The notes under the pieces: generated by a model
The model's input: the letters and a program-made list of their open reading frames with translations, nothing else
Database searches by the model: none
Told to the model about the DNA's origin: nothing
In this document: positions 25,716 to 37,950 of the stretch, in pieces
Position numbering within the stretch: the first letter of the stretch is position 1
How the letters are laid out: each line of letters starts with the position of its first letter
Source: Hydrolagus colliei
Lineage: Eukaryota
Length of the DNA stretch: 64,000 nucleotides
Assembly: GCA_035084275.1 (NCBI GenBank)
Contig: CM068754.1
Coordinates: forward strand, 10,850,001 to 10,914,000
Direction: 5' to 3'
Position numbers and translations under genes: made by a program

Positions 25716-27825
25716 CAATAAACACTTTGACACAAGACCAGTGCGAAACATAGGGTAATAACAAGGGTGTCTACAGTAATCATTAACTGAAATATCCAAA
25801 CATCCAAACTGTAGCCGTGGATTATTATATCACTGGAACACTTCACAGGGTGGTGCGAGAAACGACTGCCACTTCTCAGGCGGCCCAGTTCATTCCTGCC
25901 AATCCCCTAGCGATAAACTACCACAGAATATACACCTGCGTGTAGTGTGTGATGCAATATGTATTCATGTATTATACCAATACCTGAGAAAGAGTTACTG
26001 TTTGCCATAAAAAAACAACAAAAGGGATCCTGCTACAGTATACTTTTTAAATGTGTCGATCGATAAACTTGTTTTATGTCATTTTAATATTTCATCGACT
26101 AATGTGCCTCCTTCTCCTGCTAAATGTCCTAAAACATCACATGAAATGATGGAACAATGCAAACAAAGTTGATTTTTTCAGATTGTGCTTGTGGGATTTA
26201 TGTCCATGTACATACTCAATTCACTACAATAATTTCAAGCAGTATTGTGGCATGTCAACTTGGAGCCAGTTCAGCTTGCTAGGTTCAGCTAGGTTAATGT
26301 GCCTTCTCTATTTAATGCTTAAGAGGTGGTCTAAAAATGATCTCAAATGTTTCCAGTGGTTGGAAGATACACTCTTTTAAATCTAAATTGTCAAAGTAAT
26401 CTTATGTTAAGAATGTTGCTGAAGTAACTTGAGGCTAAATTGCATTTTCTGGAGAATGTGTCACTCCAAGTACGTATCTCTTTTTGAATATCTAAAGAGT
26501 TTGTCATTTTATACACAGATTAACCACAGACCTTGCTTGGTTAGATGACATTGAAGGAGAAAGTGTTCATTTGTTATTGGTGGTTTGATATAAAGAAGAA
26601 CAAGTGAAGTGACCTTCGATTTTGTCACAAATTTCAATAGAGGTGTTGTTTCTTTGTTTTGTTGTGGCCATAATATTACACTTTTGGTAACGCAAATAAT
26701 GCAAATAGTCTCTGTTTCTCAATGTTGGAACACGATTCTGAGCCAATCAGAATTTTATTATAAATAACTTACCATTCCCAATTCAAATTTAGAAATCAAT
26801 GTAAGGCATTCTAAATAGGCCTGCAACCAACAGAATCATTGCATAAAAGGCAATACAAAGAAAACTCAAAAACTGCAGTGCCGCTGAAAATACTTGTTTA
26901 GTCACAGCAAACTGCAAACATGAAGGAAAAATGCAGTGCTGGGATAATTGCTTTCTAGCACAGAAGGGTGGAAGTGGCATATTCGTGTGTGAATCCATTT
27001 TATGTCTGCACAGAGATTAACGTTCCAGTCTTCTTTAATTCAGAACATTTCTAAATGAAAGAACTACCAGATCAGGAGGCTTCTTACCTGTTGATAGGTT
27101 TGTGTAAAATTTCAATCTAAACAGGTATCGTAAAAATATAATAGTCTTTAAATTCTACAAAGTTTCAGAGCCATTAAAATTTATGTTATTCTGGGTTCAC
27201 AAAATAAAATTGCTTTTAAAGTCTGGGTTGTTTGTAGTGCACTCTGAATCATTTCAGTCTGGCTAATGGGACTGATCGAACAACAGTGTGACAGAACACA
27301 GTGCTTGCCAGATCAGGATGGTAGCTTTGTGAGGAGCAGCTAAGCAGATTTGTGAGGTATAGAACATACTTCATTAAAATAATGGCATCTAATTGGCTGT
27401 CAAGTGGGGAATGCAGCATTCCAAGAGTTTCATTTCAATGGAAAAGCGAACACTATTTATAAAGAGGCCATGCAATGACCTATTTACCACTGTTCCATTA
27501 TGGAAACATATACCTTGTGCAACACTGAGTTTTAAACGCATTAAATCATTCAGATTTAGTCTCTAAAATCCCCAAGGATCGAGAATCAAGGTAGAGGTAG
27601 ATAGATGGTGGAGAAAAGCTTGGCATAAAATCTAATCAATAACAAATCCGTTATAACGCAGATATGGAATTTAGGTGAAGCTAACATTCGATGATATTTC
27701 TATGGATTGAGCTCTCTCGGATCGCTCGGTAGACTGACTGACAACAGCAATGTTATGAACAATATTGTGCTGTGATGTCCTTTGCTTACTCCAACATGAA
27801 TCTCAGTAAACACACATTACATTCA

Positions 27826-28205
27826 TGGGTTTGATTCCAGGCAGGGCAAAACCATGTTCAAATTTCCTTAATCCGCGTACCTAATAATAATCCTTCCAAA
27901 AAAATAATAAATTGGTCATTTCAATCCACGATTGTTTGTGGGACACTGCTGTGCACAATTGGCTGCCGCATTTCGCCCACATATACACAGCCAATTCACT
28001 TTACAGTATTAAAAACAGAAGTTGCTGGGAAAACTCAGCAGGTCAGGCAGCATCCACGGAGAAAAGAAGGTGAGTCAACATTTTGGGTTCACGACCCTTC
28101 ATCAGAACAGACTTGTCTGCTCTCACTTTACAGCATTTTCTGTGAAGCGCTTTGAAACGTCTAGCAGACGTGAAAAACACTATATCAAATGCAAGGATTA
28201 TTATT
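27826..28205 (+). mobile_element. tRNA-headed SINE interrupted by a 112-bp insertion
   Basis: B-box gggtttgattccaggcagggcaaaa, body to 28010, tail resumes at 28123. Confidence 0.88.
28011..28122 (-). mobile_element. Penelope-like terminal-repeat fragment with a decayed hammerhead motif
   Basis: Flanked by tcactttacagtatt (27996-28010) and tcactttacagcatt (28123-28137). Minus strand reads CTGATGA-AGGGTCGTGAACCC-AAAATGTTGAC. Confidence 0.68.
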
Positions 28206-29722
28206 TGTACGAATGTGTGCAGCATATAAACCATACATACAAATAAGGTAGTGAGAGTGAAAGATTAAGAGTTGTAAGAATATTGCAGTAGTGCTATATC
28301 ATAGTGAAGGTGCAGCACAGTGTTTTAATTTATCTGCAAGCATGCTAAGGGATAGTTCCAGTATCTTGCCCCAGTGACCATAATTCAAAATTAGCAGACA
28401 ATTTGTCTGTGAAATATATGCATCAAACCGACCCAATTCTGCTCCCCCTGGTGCCCACACATTATTGGTATATGTGAGATTTTCAGCAGGGAAAATAAAA
28501 AGATTAGTATCCAGTGATTGAATTTCCTTATCTTCTTTAGTTACCTGCACATATGTTAATCTTGTACCAGTATAATTAAATAGTCTGAAGATCTACTCAG
28601 ACAAAACACATGGATTCTCATCTCCTTCTGATCATCCAACCAAAGCAAACAATAAAATGATGGAACAAATTAATCAAAGTTAAGCTAAGTTCCCACGATA
28701 ATGTTTCATGAACTCAGGAATAATTATTCAAGTTGTTGCTCTGCTCATTTCAGGAATGGGACTAGCCTTTGCAACTGCCCAAAATATACGATCCAAACCT
28801 GAAATGCAACAGCAATAAGAAATACAATTGTTCGGACCTCCTTTTTTAAGTGTAATCTCCGCTTACATTTTCAGACAGATCTAACCATAATCTGTTGGAC
28901 CATATAATTTGAATCAATTTTTCTGTGCTAAACACCATTACTGTTCAACTGTAATACTGTACCCATAAAGTGGAGTAAACTATTATTTTTGCTGCCAACA
29001 TGAAATCTGGGGTTTTAAAGCGTTTTCATTGGTCACAAACCATAATTCAGCACAAATTTGGGGTTATTTAGCAATCTATCACAGGTTTGGGAAATGAAAA
29101 CATTAAAACTTCTGCAGTAGAGGGTGCATGTCTGAGATCGGATTTGAAGTATTGTACAGTACTTTGCTTGTACCTGTACAGAGGGACTTTTACTCACTCC
29201 ATTCTATACTTGACCTGGGAGTGCTTGATTTTGCAAACCAGAAAGTTTACTTTTAGTCCTCAGCTCTGAGATCTCTCAACATGATTAAAAAACACAGAAA
29301 AGGTTAAATATATAAAGTTACCAAACGACAAAAGAGCCTGCTACATTTCACAAAGATTTAAATTACTAGGTTTAGACAGAAAGTATTTTGAAATGGTAAT
29401 GATTCATTCAACGTAGGTAAATTCAAGCAAAACGATGAGTGGAACCATTTTCTCCTTCGTTCCCAAAGGCACATTCGCTCGTTCTTCTTGTTGGTTGATT
29501 TCCTCCTCCCAAATGCAGGATATTAAGGCCCGAATTTTATCATTGGTTGAGAGATCCCTCATAAAAGTATAAAATTATCCTGAGAAACCAAAAAGGCAAA
29601 GCTGGAACTTACTGCTTTAGCAGGTCTCTTGTCTGATAGATTCACCATCAGTACTCAGTTCACATTTCTGACACTAAATTATCTAGAAATATGAAATCAA
29701 AGGCATCTTCTACTATTTGACA

Positions 29723-29771
29723 TGTGTGTGTGTGTGTGTGTGGGTGGGGTGGGGGTGGGGGGAAGGGGAGG
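29723..29771 (+). repeat. (TG)n microsatellite followed by G-runs
   Basis: tgtgtgtgtgtgtgtgtgtgggtggggtgggggtgggggaaggggagg. Confidence 0.9.
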
Positions 29772-31761
29772 TTGAACAGACTGAAACTCTTAAATGCAGA
29801 TTATCATAGCATGTTCCATCTGACAATTTTCCCAAGGGGCATAAGATTCATATTTTTCTACAACTAACAGAAAGTCACATAAAGTTTTAGTTTCCAGCTC
29901 TTGTGAATGACAGCAGCCCCACTTTTTTTAAAGTTATACATCTGACTTAATATCTTACAAGGATGTCAGATATGACAAAATTTACATTCAAGTCTAACAC
30001 TTGGGGTTCGGCTCCTCCAAAAATGATCAATTTTATTGTAACATCTTAAGAAATCGCTGATATGTGCCCTTACAGTCCTGAGCAGTTTTGTGCATCCCAC
30101 AAGATGCATTGGCTGTGTTAAGATTCTAGCTAAAGAAATGCATTTTAAAAATCAAATTGTACGTGCGTCAGCACAATGGATTTCAGGTTTGTGTGCAGTT
30201 TTCATTTTCTGCTCTGTATCAAGCTAAAAAAGGCCACATGTGATTCAAACATTTAGGTTGATCACAATGCTTTGTAACTGAATCTGGTATTGTTTTAATA
30301 ATGTTTTAATAATGCACGATTATTTCTGGTTCAACGATAATACATGGGTTTGATCGAAAACACATTCAGATGAGTTTTGAATGTCCTGCACTTTTTAAAC
30401 AATGACCTTGCCATATTTTAGCAGGTACCATAAGGGAAAAAGTAGAAAACTAGATCAGAGGAAATCACAAAGAGTACATTAGAATAAATGATTTATCAAT
30501 AGCCTAAAACCTAAATTTGAAAATTAGCATTTGGATCTTAGGGCTCATTAATTACTAAATGCTAATTGTAACATTTGGATGCAAACAACCAAACCACTAT
30601 TTTCTAAAGGTCACCATTTATCAGGGAACACAATTGGGTTGGCCGGAGTGAAAATTGTTTTCATTTTATAAAATCCATGTTTTACAAGTGGTGAGAATGG
30701 ATGAATATATATTTGAGTTTTCCTTTTTCAGAAAAACCTGCATCAGCAATTTCTGAGTAAATGAAAACTCTCAGAAGATTTCAGGCAATCCAGTCTGCAA
30801 TCAATCAAATCCAAATTTGAATGCAGTTGCATTCAAAAACAAATCTGGGTCAACTTACAACTAAAACAGCAGAATTTAAAATGATTCAAGTCAACTGTAT
30901 TATTTAATACTTGATTATTTAATATTATTTAATACAGTTGAGCGGACTTCAACAATACACTGTACATCCAAATAAAAAATATCTGGGTAGAAAGGGGTTC
31001 ATATTTGTTCTATTTATTTAGCGTATCAACACATCCAGAATTTGTTAAATCCTTAATTATTTCAAAGTTTTAAACCCATGGCTGAATTAAACAATTCGGT
31101 AAACTGTGGATGCTTTGGATTGCTAAGGATATAAGAGTAAATCTAAACCCAAGAGGATTTTTTTTTTAAAAAAAGAAAAAACTTGTATTGGTGTTTCAAT
31201 GTGACAAAGGAATCAAGTCTGCAATACAAACGTATGATAACCAGGCCATGCAAGGAAGGCAAAGTGAAGAAAGAGAGAAAAAAAACACTACTGTATTGTG
31301 ATTAATTGGTGGAGACCAGGAAGCAGGTTATTTGTTTTTCATCTAAGCAAGGGAGGAGGGTGCAATGCAAAATAACTCAAATGGGATAGAATAATTGATT
31401 CATGTCTATATTTTGAGATGATGCAGAAGGAAATGTGGAGATATTTTTTTTTTAGGCAGAATAATTACTCTGCCTGTTGCTTTATTCATTTTGAATGAAA
31501 CTGGTAGTAAACAATAGTTAATAATATGTGTATTTAATTTGTATTAATACAGCAGTTTACAATTTCAGTTTACTCAGTACAGGGTCATAAAAGATCAAAA
31601 TTCAGAAGCCTCATTAAAACCCTTCAGTAGTGGTATTCCTTATGTAAAACATATTTTCCATACAACTCACGTGACTGAAGTCATTGAAATGACCAAGATG
31701 GCTCCATTAGTTCTCAAGTCGATAGACGGCCACTTTCATGATAGCTCACTCATAAAATACA

Positions 31762-31851
31762 TGGTCAATCCACTTTACAGTATATCCTGTGGAGTTCTTG
31801 GGAGACATCTCGACGTGGTGAAAGGCACTATATCAAATGCAAGGATTATTA
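31762..31851 (+). mobile_element. SINE 3' tail
   Basis: cactttacagtatatcctgtgg...ggcactatatcaaatgcaaggattatt. Confidence 0.75.
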
Positions 31852-32514
31852 TAGATTTCCTTTGTTCTCTGAAACAAACTTCAAAATAACGCAGAGATGC
31901 TGTGAAATATACTCAGCAAATTCCTCCCGTCTCAAAATCCCTTCAAAATGTTTTAAAAGCTGTGAATTGCAGGAGTTACTACTGAACAACAATGAGCAAT
32001 ATTGTTGTTTGAAAGATATTTCTTCTGTCAAGATAAAACTATATTAGATAATTAGGGTAAAGTCTGTGTCAAATATATTAAACTATATATTAATGAACAC
32101 TAGAATATTTCAGCTTAACGGTGAGGAAGATCTTAAATCTATGTTGATTAAATCAGGGTTGGTTTTCTATTACTTTGTGTGTATAGTGTATGGATTTGGC
32201 CAAAATAAGGAAACAGGAATTTTTCATTTAAAAATGGATTTCTCTACTAAAGGTGTTGTTTAATGCTTTACTTGACTGCCTCACCAACACAGCAAAGTCA
32301 TCTCCTATTTTTGATCCAGCATTTGCCAAAGAGCATAGATTTATATGTTTCACGCACATATATAACCCTTTACACGGTTCCTTGTCAATTTTTTTTTGGT
32401 AACTTTGAGGCAAGTATGCTTTTCCACAAACAACACAATAAAAATTGACCCATTGTAGCACAGTGAAAAGCAGGGTCATTAATCTTTCACGACTGGTGAC
32501 AGATTTCATCATTA

Positions 32515-32620
32515 CATATATACAGTAAATTCATTTTACACTATATTCTGTTAAATGCTTTTGAGACATCTCAAAGACGTGATAAGGTGCTATATCAAAT
32601 GCAAGGGTTATTATTATCAT
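32515..32620 (+). mobile_element. SINE 3' tail
   Basis: tatacagtaaattcattttacactatattctg...gtgctatatcaaatgcaagggttattatt. Confidence 0.75.
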
Positions 32621-34079
32621 ACATATACATAGTTTGGCCACAGTTATAAAGTGGAAATGCCCTGGCACTTAAGATGTTAAAACAAAACTTTCACATTTCC
32701 AATTTTAAAAAAGCTCTCAGACATTTCATTTTTGTTCATTTAAGATTGGAGACTCCTGCTGCTTTGAAGAGCCATTTTATTTTCTATTTTAATAAATATG
32801 GTCCACCGTCTGTTATGAAATCTATAAAAACAATTCTTAAAATTCCAATCTCATTTTTATGCATTCATTGTTGCACCCACCACTATCAGCTCCATTTACC
32901 ATTTGTCCTTCACACCCTCACAACTCACTCAATCTGCAAATTTCTGCTATCAACTTTAGAACACTATACTTCTCATCAAAGCTGCTTCCCTCTATCCTTC
33001 ACACTTACTCATATCCCTCAGTCTCTGTTCTATTATCCAACACAATGTCTCCTGATTTAAAATATATAGGGCCTAAATTGTCAAATATCTGGAGATTTAT
33101 TTTGATACTCATGGGAGAGGAATGGATGGCTCAGGACGTTTGGAAAGTTAGGACTTGCACGAGATATTTCTATTGCAATGTTACTGAACAGCTTTTATCC
33201 CCATGTAATTCTGGTTAACCTTCGTCTTGTTTACATGCTAAGTCTTTAAATCTTGTAAATTGATGACATGGTTGTAAAATTTTTAAATTAAACCATTGTT
33301 GTTTAGCTTAAAATCTATAAAACCTCATAAATAGATTTTCTTTCTCGTTACCCTATATATCGCTTACTATTCTTTAATGAAGAATAAAATGACCATTCTC
33401 GTATGAATTAGGACTTTGTACCTATTTATAAAATGGTCCACATTAATCTCAGATATAATCATTAAAAAGTGTTGTGTTAATGAGAATGTTATCGATCATT
33501 GGTTTGAAGGCGAAAGTTACACAGGGTGAGCTATATACATTTTGTGTCCTCAGCCAAGCATGCATCAATGGTCATTTAGTAAGGGTGCAAATGAGGAAAA
33601 AAAAATGAAGGCTTAGTTGTTTCAGTTAAATTTTTTATTGAACAAAATGTTGAGCCTAATAGTTCAAATCCACTGAGCTGCAGCAGCACTCCTGCTGAAG
33701 CTGCACGTTGTGCTAAAATAACCTCATTAACCAAGATGTACAGAAGGCAGACGCAGCACAGTGTTGATCTATATAGCAAACAAAGGAGAAGGCTACAGTT
33801 GATGATGGTTATTTGGTCAGCTGGTAAATATTTGACTTAAGTCACATTGAAAGATGCAAAAACAAAATAAGTCCTTATCTTTTAAAATTCAATATAGATA
33901 AAGAGATGGGTTGCACAAATATTGCATTCCGGAATCCAAGCTCTCAGGGCCGCACTGCACTTAAATAGAAACCGAGAAGCAAGGTCCATCCCTCAATTTC
34001 AAACAGCTGAAGCATTCAATTAGTTCAGGTCAACATTTTAATGGAAAATAAGCACAATACAGTCTGAGATGAAACGAGG

Positions 34080-34243
34080 AACTGCGAATGCTGCAAATCT
34101 GAATTAAAAACTAAAAAGTGTGCAGGCCAATCGTAGGCAGAAAGATAAGTTAACTCTTCGGGTTAGCTACATTAAAACGTTAACCTATCTTTCTCCTTAA
34201 TATCTTTATTGGCCCTCTGGTACATTTCCCATTTTAATTTCAC
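34080..34243. mobile_element. Palindromic element related to the Penelope-like terminal repeat, in the probable KLHL13 3'UTR
   Basis: Arms agaaagataagttaac (34139-34154) and gttaacctatctttct (34179-34194) are 15/16 complementary. Outer arms ggccaat/attggcc and tgaattaaaa/ttttaatttca. Confidence 0.55.
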
Positions 34244-34670
34244 AATGCAGGCAGTTTTACCATACCTAAATTTACTGTATTGAACTATTTCAGATGTAAT
34301 GAAGCCCAAGATAATGGAAATGCATTCATGGGTTAGTTAATGAGCTGTTTCAAAATCAATATAGCAATAGAGCCACAGCATTATACTGTCCAAAACAAAA
34401 AAAAACACTGTATAACAGTAAAATCGCTAAATTTTTTCAGACAAAGTTCATTGTTTGACACATATATTCTTATGCCTTTCTTGCAACAGGTGAACAACCA
34501 ATGGCAACAGAACTGCACAACGAACTCAATCCACTGTTTTTGTAATTATAGTCATAGGTCACTGCCTAGAAATAGATACAAAGCAAAAATAGGCAGTTAA
34601 TCTTTGATATCAATTATGATGCTGTGCAAATGAGTTCTGTATAGGGTTGAAGGTAGAGCAGCTTCCTTAT

Positions 34671-35158
34671 CTAAGGTGCCGAGAGAGGTGACTCTCTGGA
34701 TGGTGATCCAGTGTTTTCCTCAGGTGGGAATACTGTCAGAGTGCAGGCCCTGATCCCTCCCAGTGATTCTGGGAGATCAAAGACCTTCTGCCATTCATCT
34801 TTCTCTGGATCGTATTTCTGTACTATTTCCACCATACAGCGATTATTCCAAGAATAGCCTCCCACAACATAGATCTTGTGTTCAAAGACTGCAACACCTA
34901 CATCACTCTGCCCACGCAACATGGCTGCAATTGGGGTCCACTGGTCCAGGGCAGGTGTATAGAACTCACAGCTCAAGACATCGTCATAATCACTGGTTCC
35001 CCTGAAGTGGTTTCCTCCAATGACATAGAGACGGTCTGCAACAGTGCACATGCAGTGAAGACCTCGAACAGTGGTCATTGGAGCTTTCTGCGTCCATTTG
35101 TCTGCATCTGGGTCGAAGCACATGAGTTCCTTTTGGAAAGTATCATGTGTAATCCCTC
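34671..35158 (-). CDS. KLHL13: KLHL13 last coding exon ([17 protein letters not shown]...[11 protein letters not shown])
   Basis: Extends ORF 34671-35123. Acceptor ttcaatag|GAGGG, TAG stop at 34671-34673, Kelch repeats. Confidence 0.97.
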
Positions 35159-35890
35159 CTATTGAATAGAAACAAAACCTAAGTTGTTAGGGTACACTGT
35201 TTTTAAGTTCTTCATTCAGATAAGCAACAAAGAGAAAATCAATGCATTCCTCTTGGGTTGACAATAGGTGATTATCTTTTTCTTAAAAACCTCTATGTTT
35301 GATCTAGTGCACTCGAGATTTCATTTGGGAATTGTACTACCAACAATATTATATTGCTGAAAGAATCTTTTACGAAACCACAATGCTTTTAAAAAGATCA
35401 GAGATTTATTTTTCTAAATATCAAGTTCGATATTTCTTTAAACTCAATTTCATCATGCTCATCCTCAAATTCTAGAGGCAGTAAGATTGCTTTTAAAAAA
35501 TCTGCAGAACTCTCCAGCCAGTCTCGATAGATCTTATTGATCAAGGTAGAGCAGATTCCTTGTCTTATTGATCATCAATAATGATGATTATTATTACTAA
35601 TAATAATCAATAATAAGTTTTCTTACTTATTCTTACTTATTTCTTTCTGAAAACTTTCTGCACAGAGAAACATTTAGGTGACTTATTTATTGTTATTATA
35701 ACAGGGCATCTGTCAGAGCAAACGGGTGGTAGGATAGGGCAATGGAATGAAATAAGTTTTTTTTAACAAATAGTACCATTATTTGTGGAGGATGGTAAAC
35801 ATTTAAGATTTAAACATTTTCTGTTTCAATGCCTTCAAAATGGGTTTACAAGTACATTAATGGTTCACCGCAACTATCGAGAAGATTTAC

Positions 35891-36004
35891 CTGAAATATA
35901 CATGAAACCACCGTAAACAGTTCCAGCATGCCCATAGTGTGGTTCATTCATTTTTGCCACGTAGCTCCATTCATTGTTTCTTGGATTGTAGCATTCTACA
36001 GTGG
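35891..36004 (-). CDS. KLHL13: KLHL13 coding exon 6 ([38 protein letters not shown]), Kelch repeat
   Basis: Acceptor taccacag|CCACT, donor TTCAG|gtaaa, 114 nt, phase 1 at both ends. Confidence 0.96.
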
Positions 36005-36269
36005 CTGTGGTAAAGAAATTTGCAAAGAGAAACAATTACAATATGCAGTAAGTGCTTCAGATGGGAGGATGGGGTTGGGGAATCAAAACTATTTCAGTTA
36101 AATGCTGCTGTTGCCATTTGTTCACATCATCTTTGGGGCTTTCATTACAATAACTTTGTTTACAATAACAAGAAAAGGTTAGAAAGCAGGTTTGACAAAA
36201 TCAATAATTATTGTTCAACAGTGATAAATAAATGTGTTTTATACAGAAACACGAGTACAATCCTATGTG

Positions 36270-37230
36270 GAAATAGCTGGCTCGACAATGTTTTTGTAGG
36301 TCGCAGATGTAGGGAGGAGCAAGTTCTTAAGGGGCTTTAAAAGTGAGGACATGGAAGTTGAACTTGATCCACTGGAGAATGGGGAGTCAGTGGAGCCAGG
36401 GTAGGATATGGGTGATAGGCTCATGGAGAGGACACAGGACACAAGAATAATCTGCAGCTGGTGTAGCACCAGGAAAACTTAGGAAGGCAATTGAAATTCG
36501 TATTGAGTCTCTACTATGGGTAGCATGGAAACCGAATTGGAAAGATTCATATACAGTAAAAACTTGTTTATCCCTATCGCGATCAACTGGAACAACGGTA
36601 TAACTGGTACGTCAAAAAAAGTTCCCGTCCGATTAACCGGAAGTCGTCCGGCATAATCATGGTGGCGCATCTAATTAATCGATTTTGCATGAGAGTACTA
36701 TACAGGTATTTTGGCTTGCTGTTAGTGGAGCCTTAAAGTCGCGCTGCTGTTTTTTTTCCCTTGCTTGGCGTCCGCCATTGCAGAAGTTATCGATAAACTG
36801 TACACCTCTACCCCAGCATCACGGCTTCAAACCAGGCATCTACCAACAAAGGTCAATTTTAGGTGAATAACAAAGGTCTGTTATTATTTAGTCTATTATT
36901 AATATGGCATGTGTTAAAATAAGTTAATTTTTTTATGTTGGGTTTTCGGCGCCGGATTCAACCGAGTATCCAGCATACCGTTTAACCGGCATCGGCCAGG
37001 TCCCCCGAGTGCCAGATAAATGGGCTTTTACTGTACATAGTGGCAGGAGATGAAACAGCAAAGCTGGGAAGCAATGATTCATTCTAGAATGTTGGAAAGA
37101 AAGGGAAGGTTGGAGACAAGACAGTAGTTTGTGTAGAGATGGATCAAGGGAAGTTTTTTTTGAGGGTGGGTATTGACAGCTGACAGCAAAGGGGGTTGGA
37201 GTGGAGTCAGTACTACATCGATCCACCTGA
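36270..37230 (-). mobile_element. L2 ORF2 reverse transcriptase relic, internally deleted and split by a MITE
   Basis: Minus-strand peptides LKKTSLDP, NYCLVSNLPFLSNILE and ESFQFGFHATHS correspond to L2 RT motifs LKKPSLDP, NYRPISNLPFLSKILE and FQSGFR..HS. 36270-36480 resembles the ORF2 C-terminus. Confidence 0.75.
36554..37033. mobile_element. Non-autonomous Tc1/mariner-pogo (Tigger-like) MITE, 480 bp
   Basis: TA at 36552-36553 and 37034-37035. Imperfect TIRs CAGTAAAAACTTGTTTATC / CAGTAAAAGCCCATTTATC. CpG-rich compared with its flanks. No transposase ORF. Confidence 0.82.
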
Positions 37231-37789
37231 GTATTGTAAATATGTAAATTTTGGTTTCCTTAAATGAAATGCTACAAACTTGGGAATCAGAGCAAAGGTT
37301 ATCCTGTCAAGCAAATCTGATTATGTTGCCATCAGGGGTGACGTTGTACCCAAGTTGCTAATTACCCTTACAATTACCCTTACATAGCTGAACAAGCTAT
37401 CACAAACTTACAAAAAACTCTAATAAATACTGTACAAATCAAAGAAAACGTTCTACCAAGCCAACATTCTGTTAACTAGAAGCCTTACTCGCACACCAGA
37501 AATAAATGAAAATGTCATATTGCCTTCATGAATCCTGCCTACTGTACAAAAAAAATCATATACCAATGTTATACACAAGAAACAGAATGCTGTATACAGT
37601 ATGAAACTGATAAATGCTTGATTGAATTCATGAGCAAAATTCATGAATTTTGTGACTGTCACCCGTGATAAAAATCATGACTCAAGTCCGAGTCTTCATC
37701 AGACACTGTGATAAACTTTATATGCAGCATTCTAAAAGCTTTAAATTAGGATCCTTTTCAGTGACACATAAAAAGTAATGGGCTATTTC

Positions 37790-37950
37790 TACACAGCAAT
37801 GTGCAACAAATAGTCATGAAGTGAATGAAGAATTTTATCTGGGGAGTGTTAACTAGGATACCTTTCAAGTGCCTTGGCACCTTAACATCCACCTAAACAA
37901 AGAACTCGGTTTAGGACATCAGTTTAACACCTCATCCGAAGGAAGGCAAC
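37790..37950 (-). mobile_element. Degenerate Deu-domain SINE
   Basis: cagtttaacacctcatccgaaggaaggca and aacatccacct are reverse complements of Deu core motifs. Confidence 0.65.

Noticed and set aside
33000-34670. KLHL13 polyadenylation site
   Set aside because: Several minus-strand AATAAA/ATTAAA hexamers are present (about 34205, 33634, 33375 and 33098) and cannot be distinguished without transcript data.
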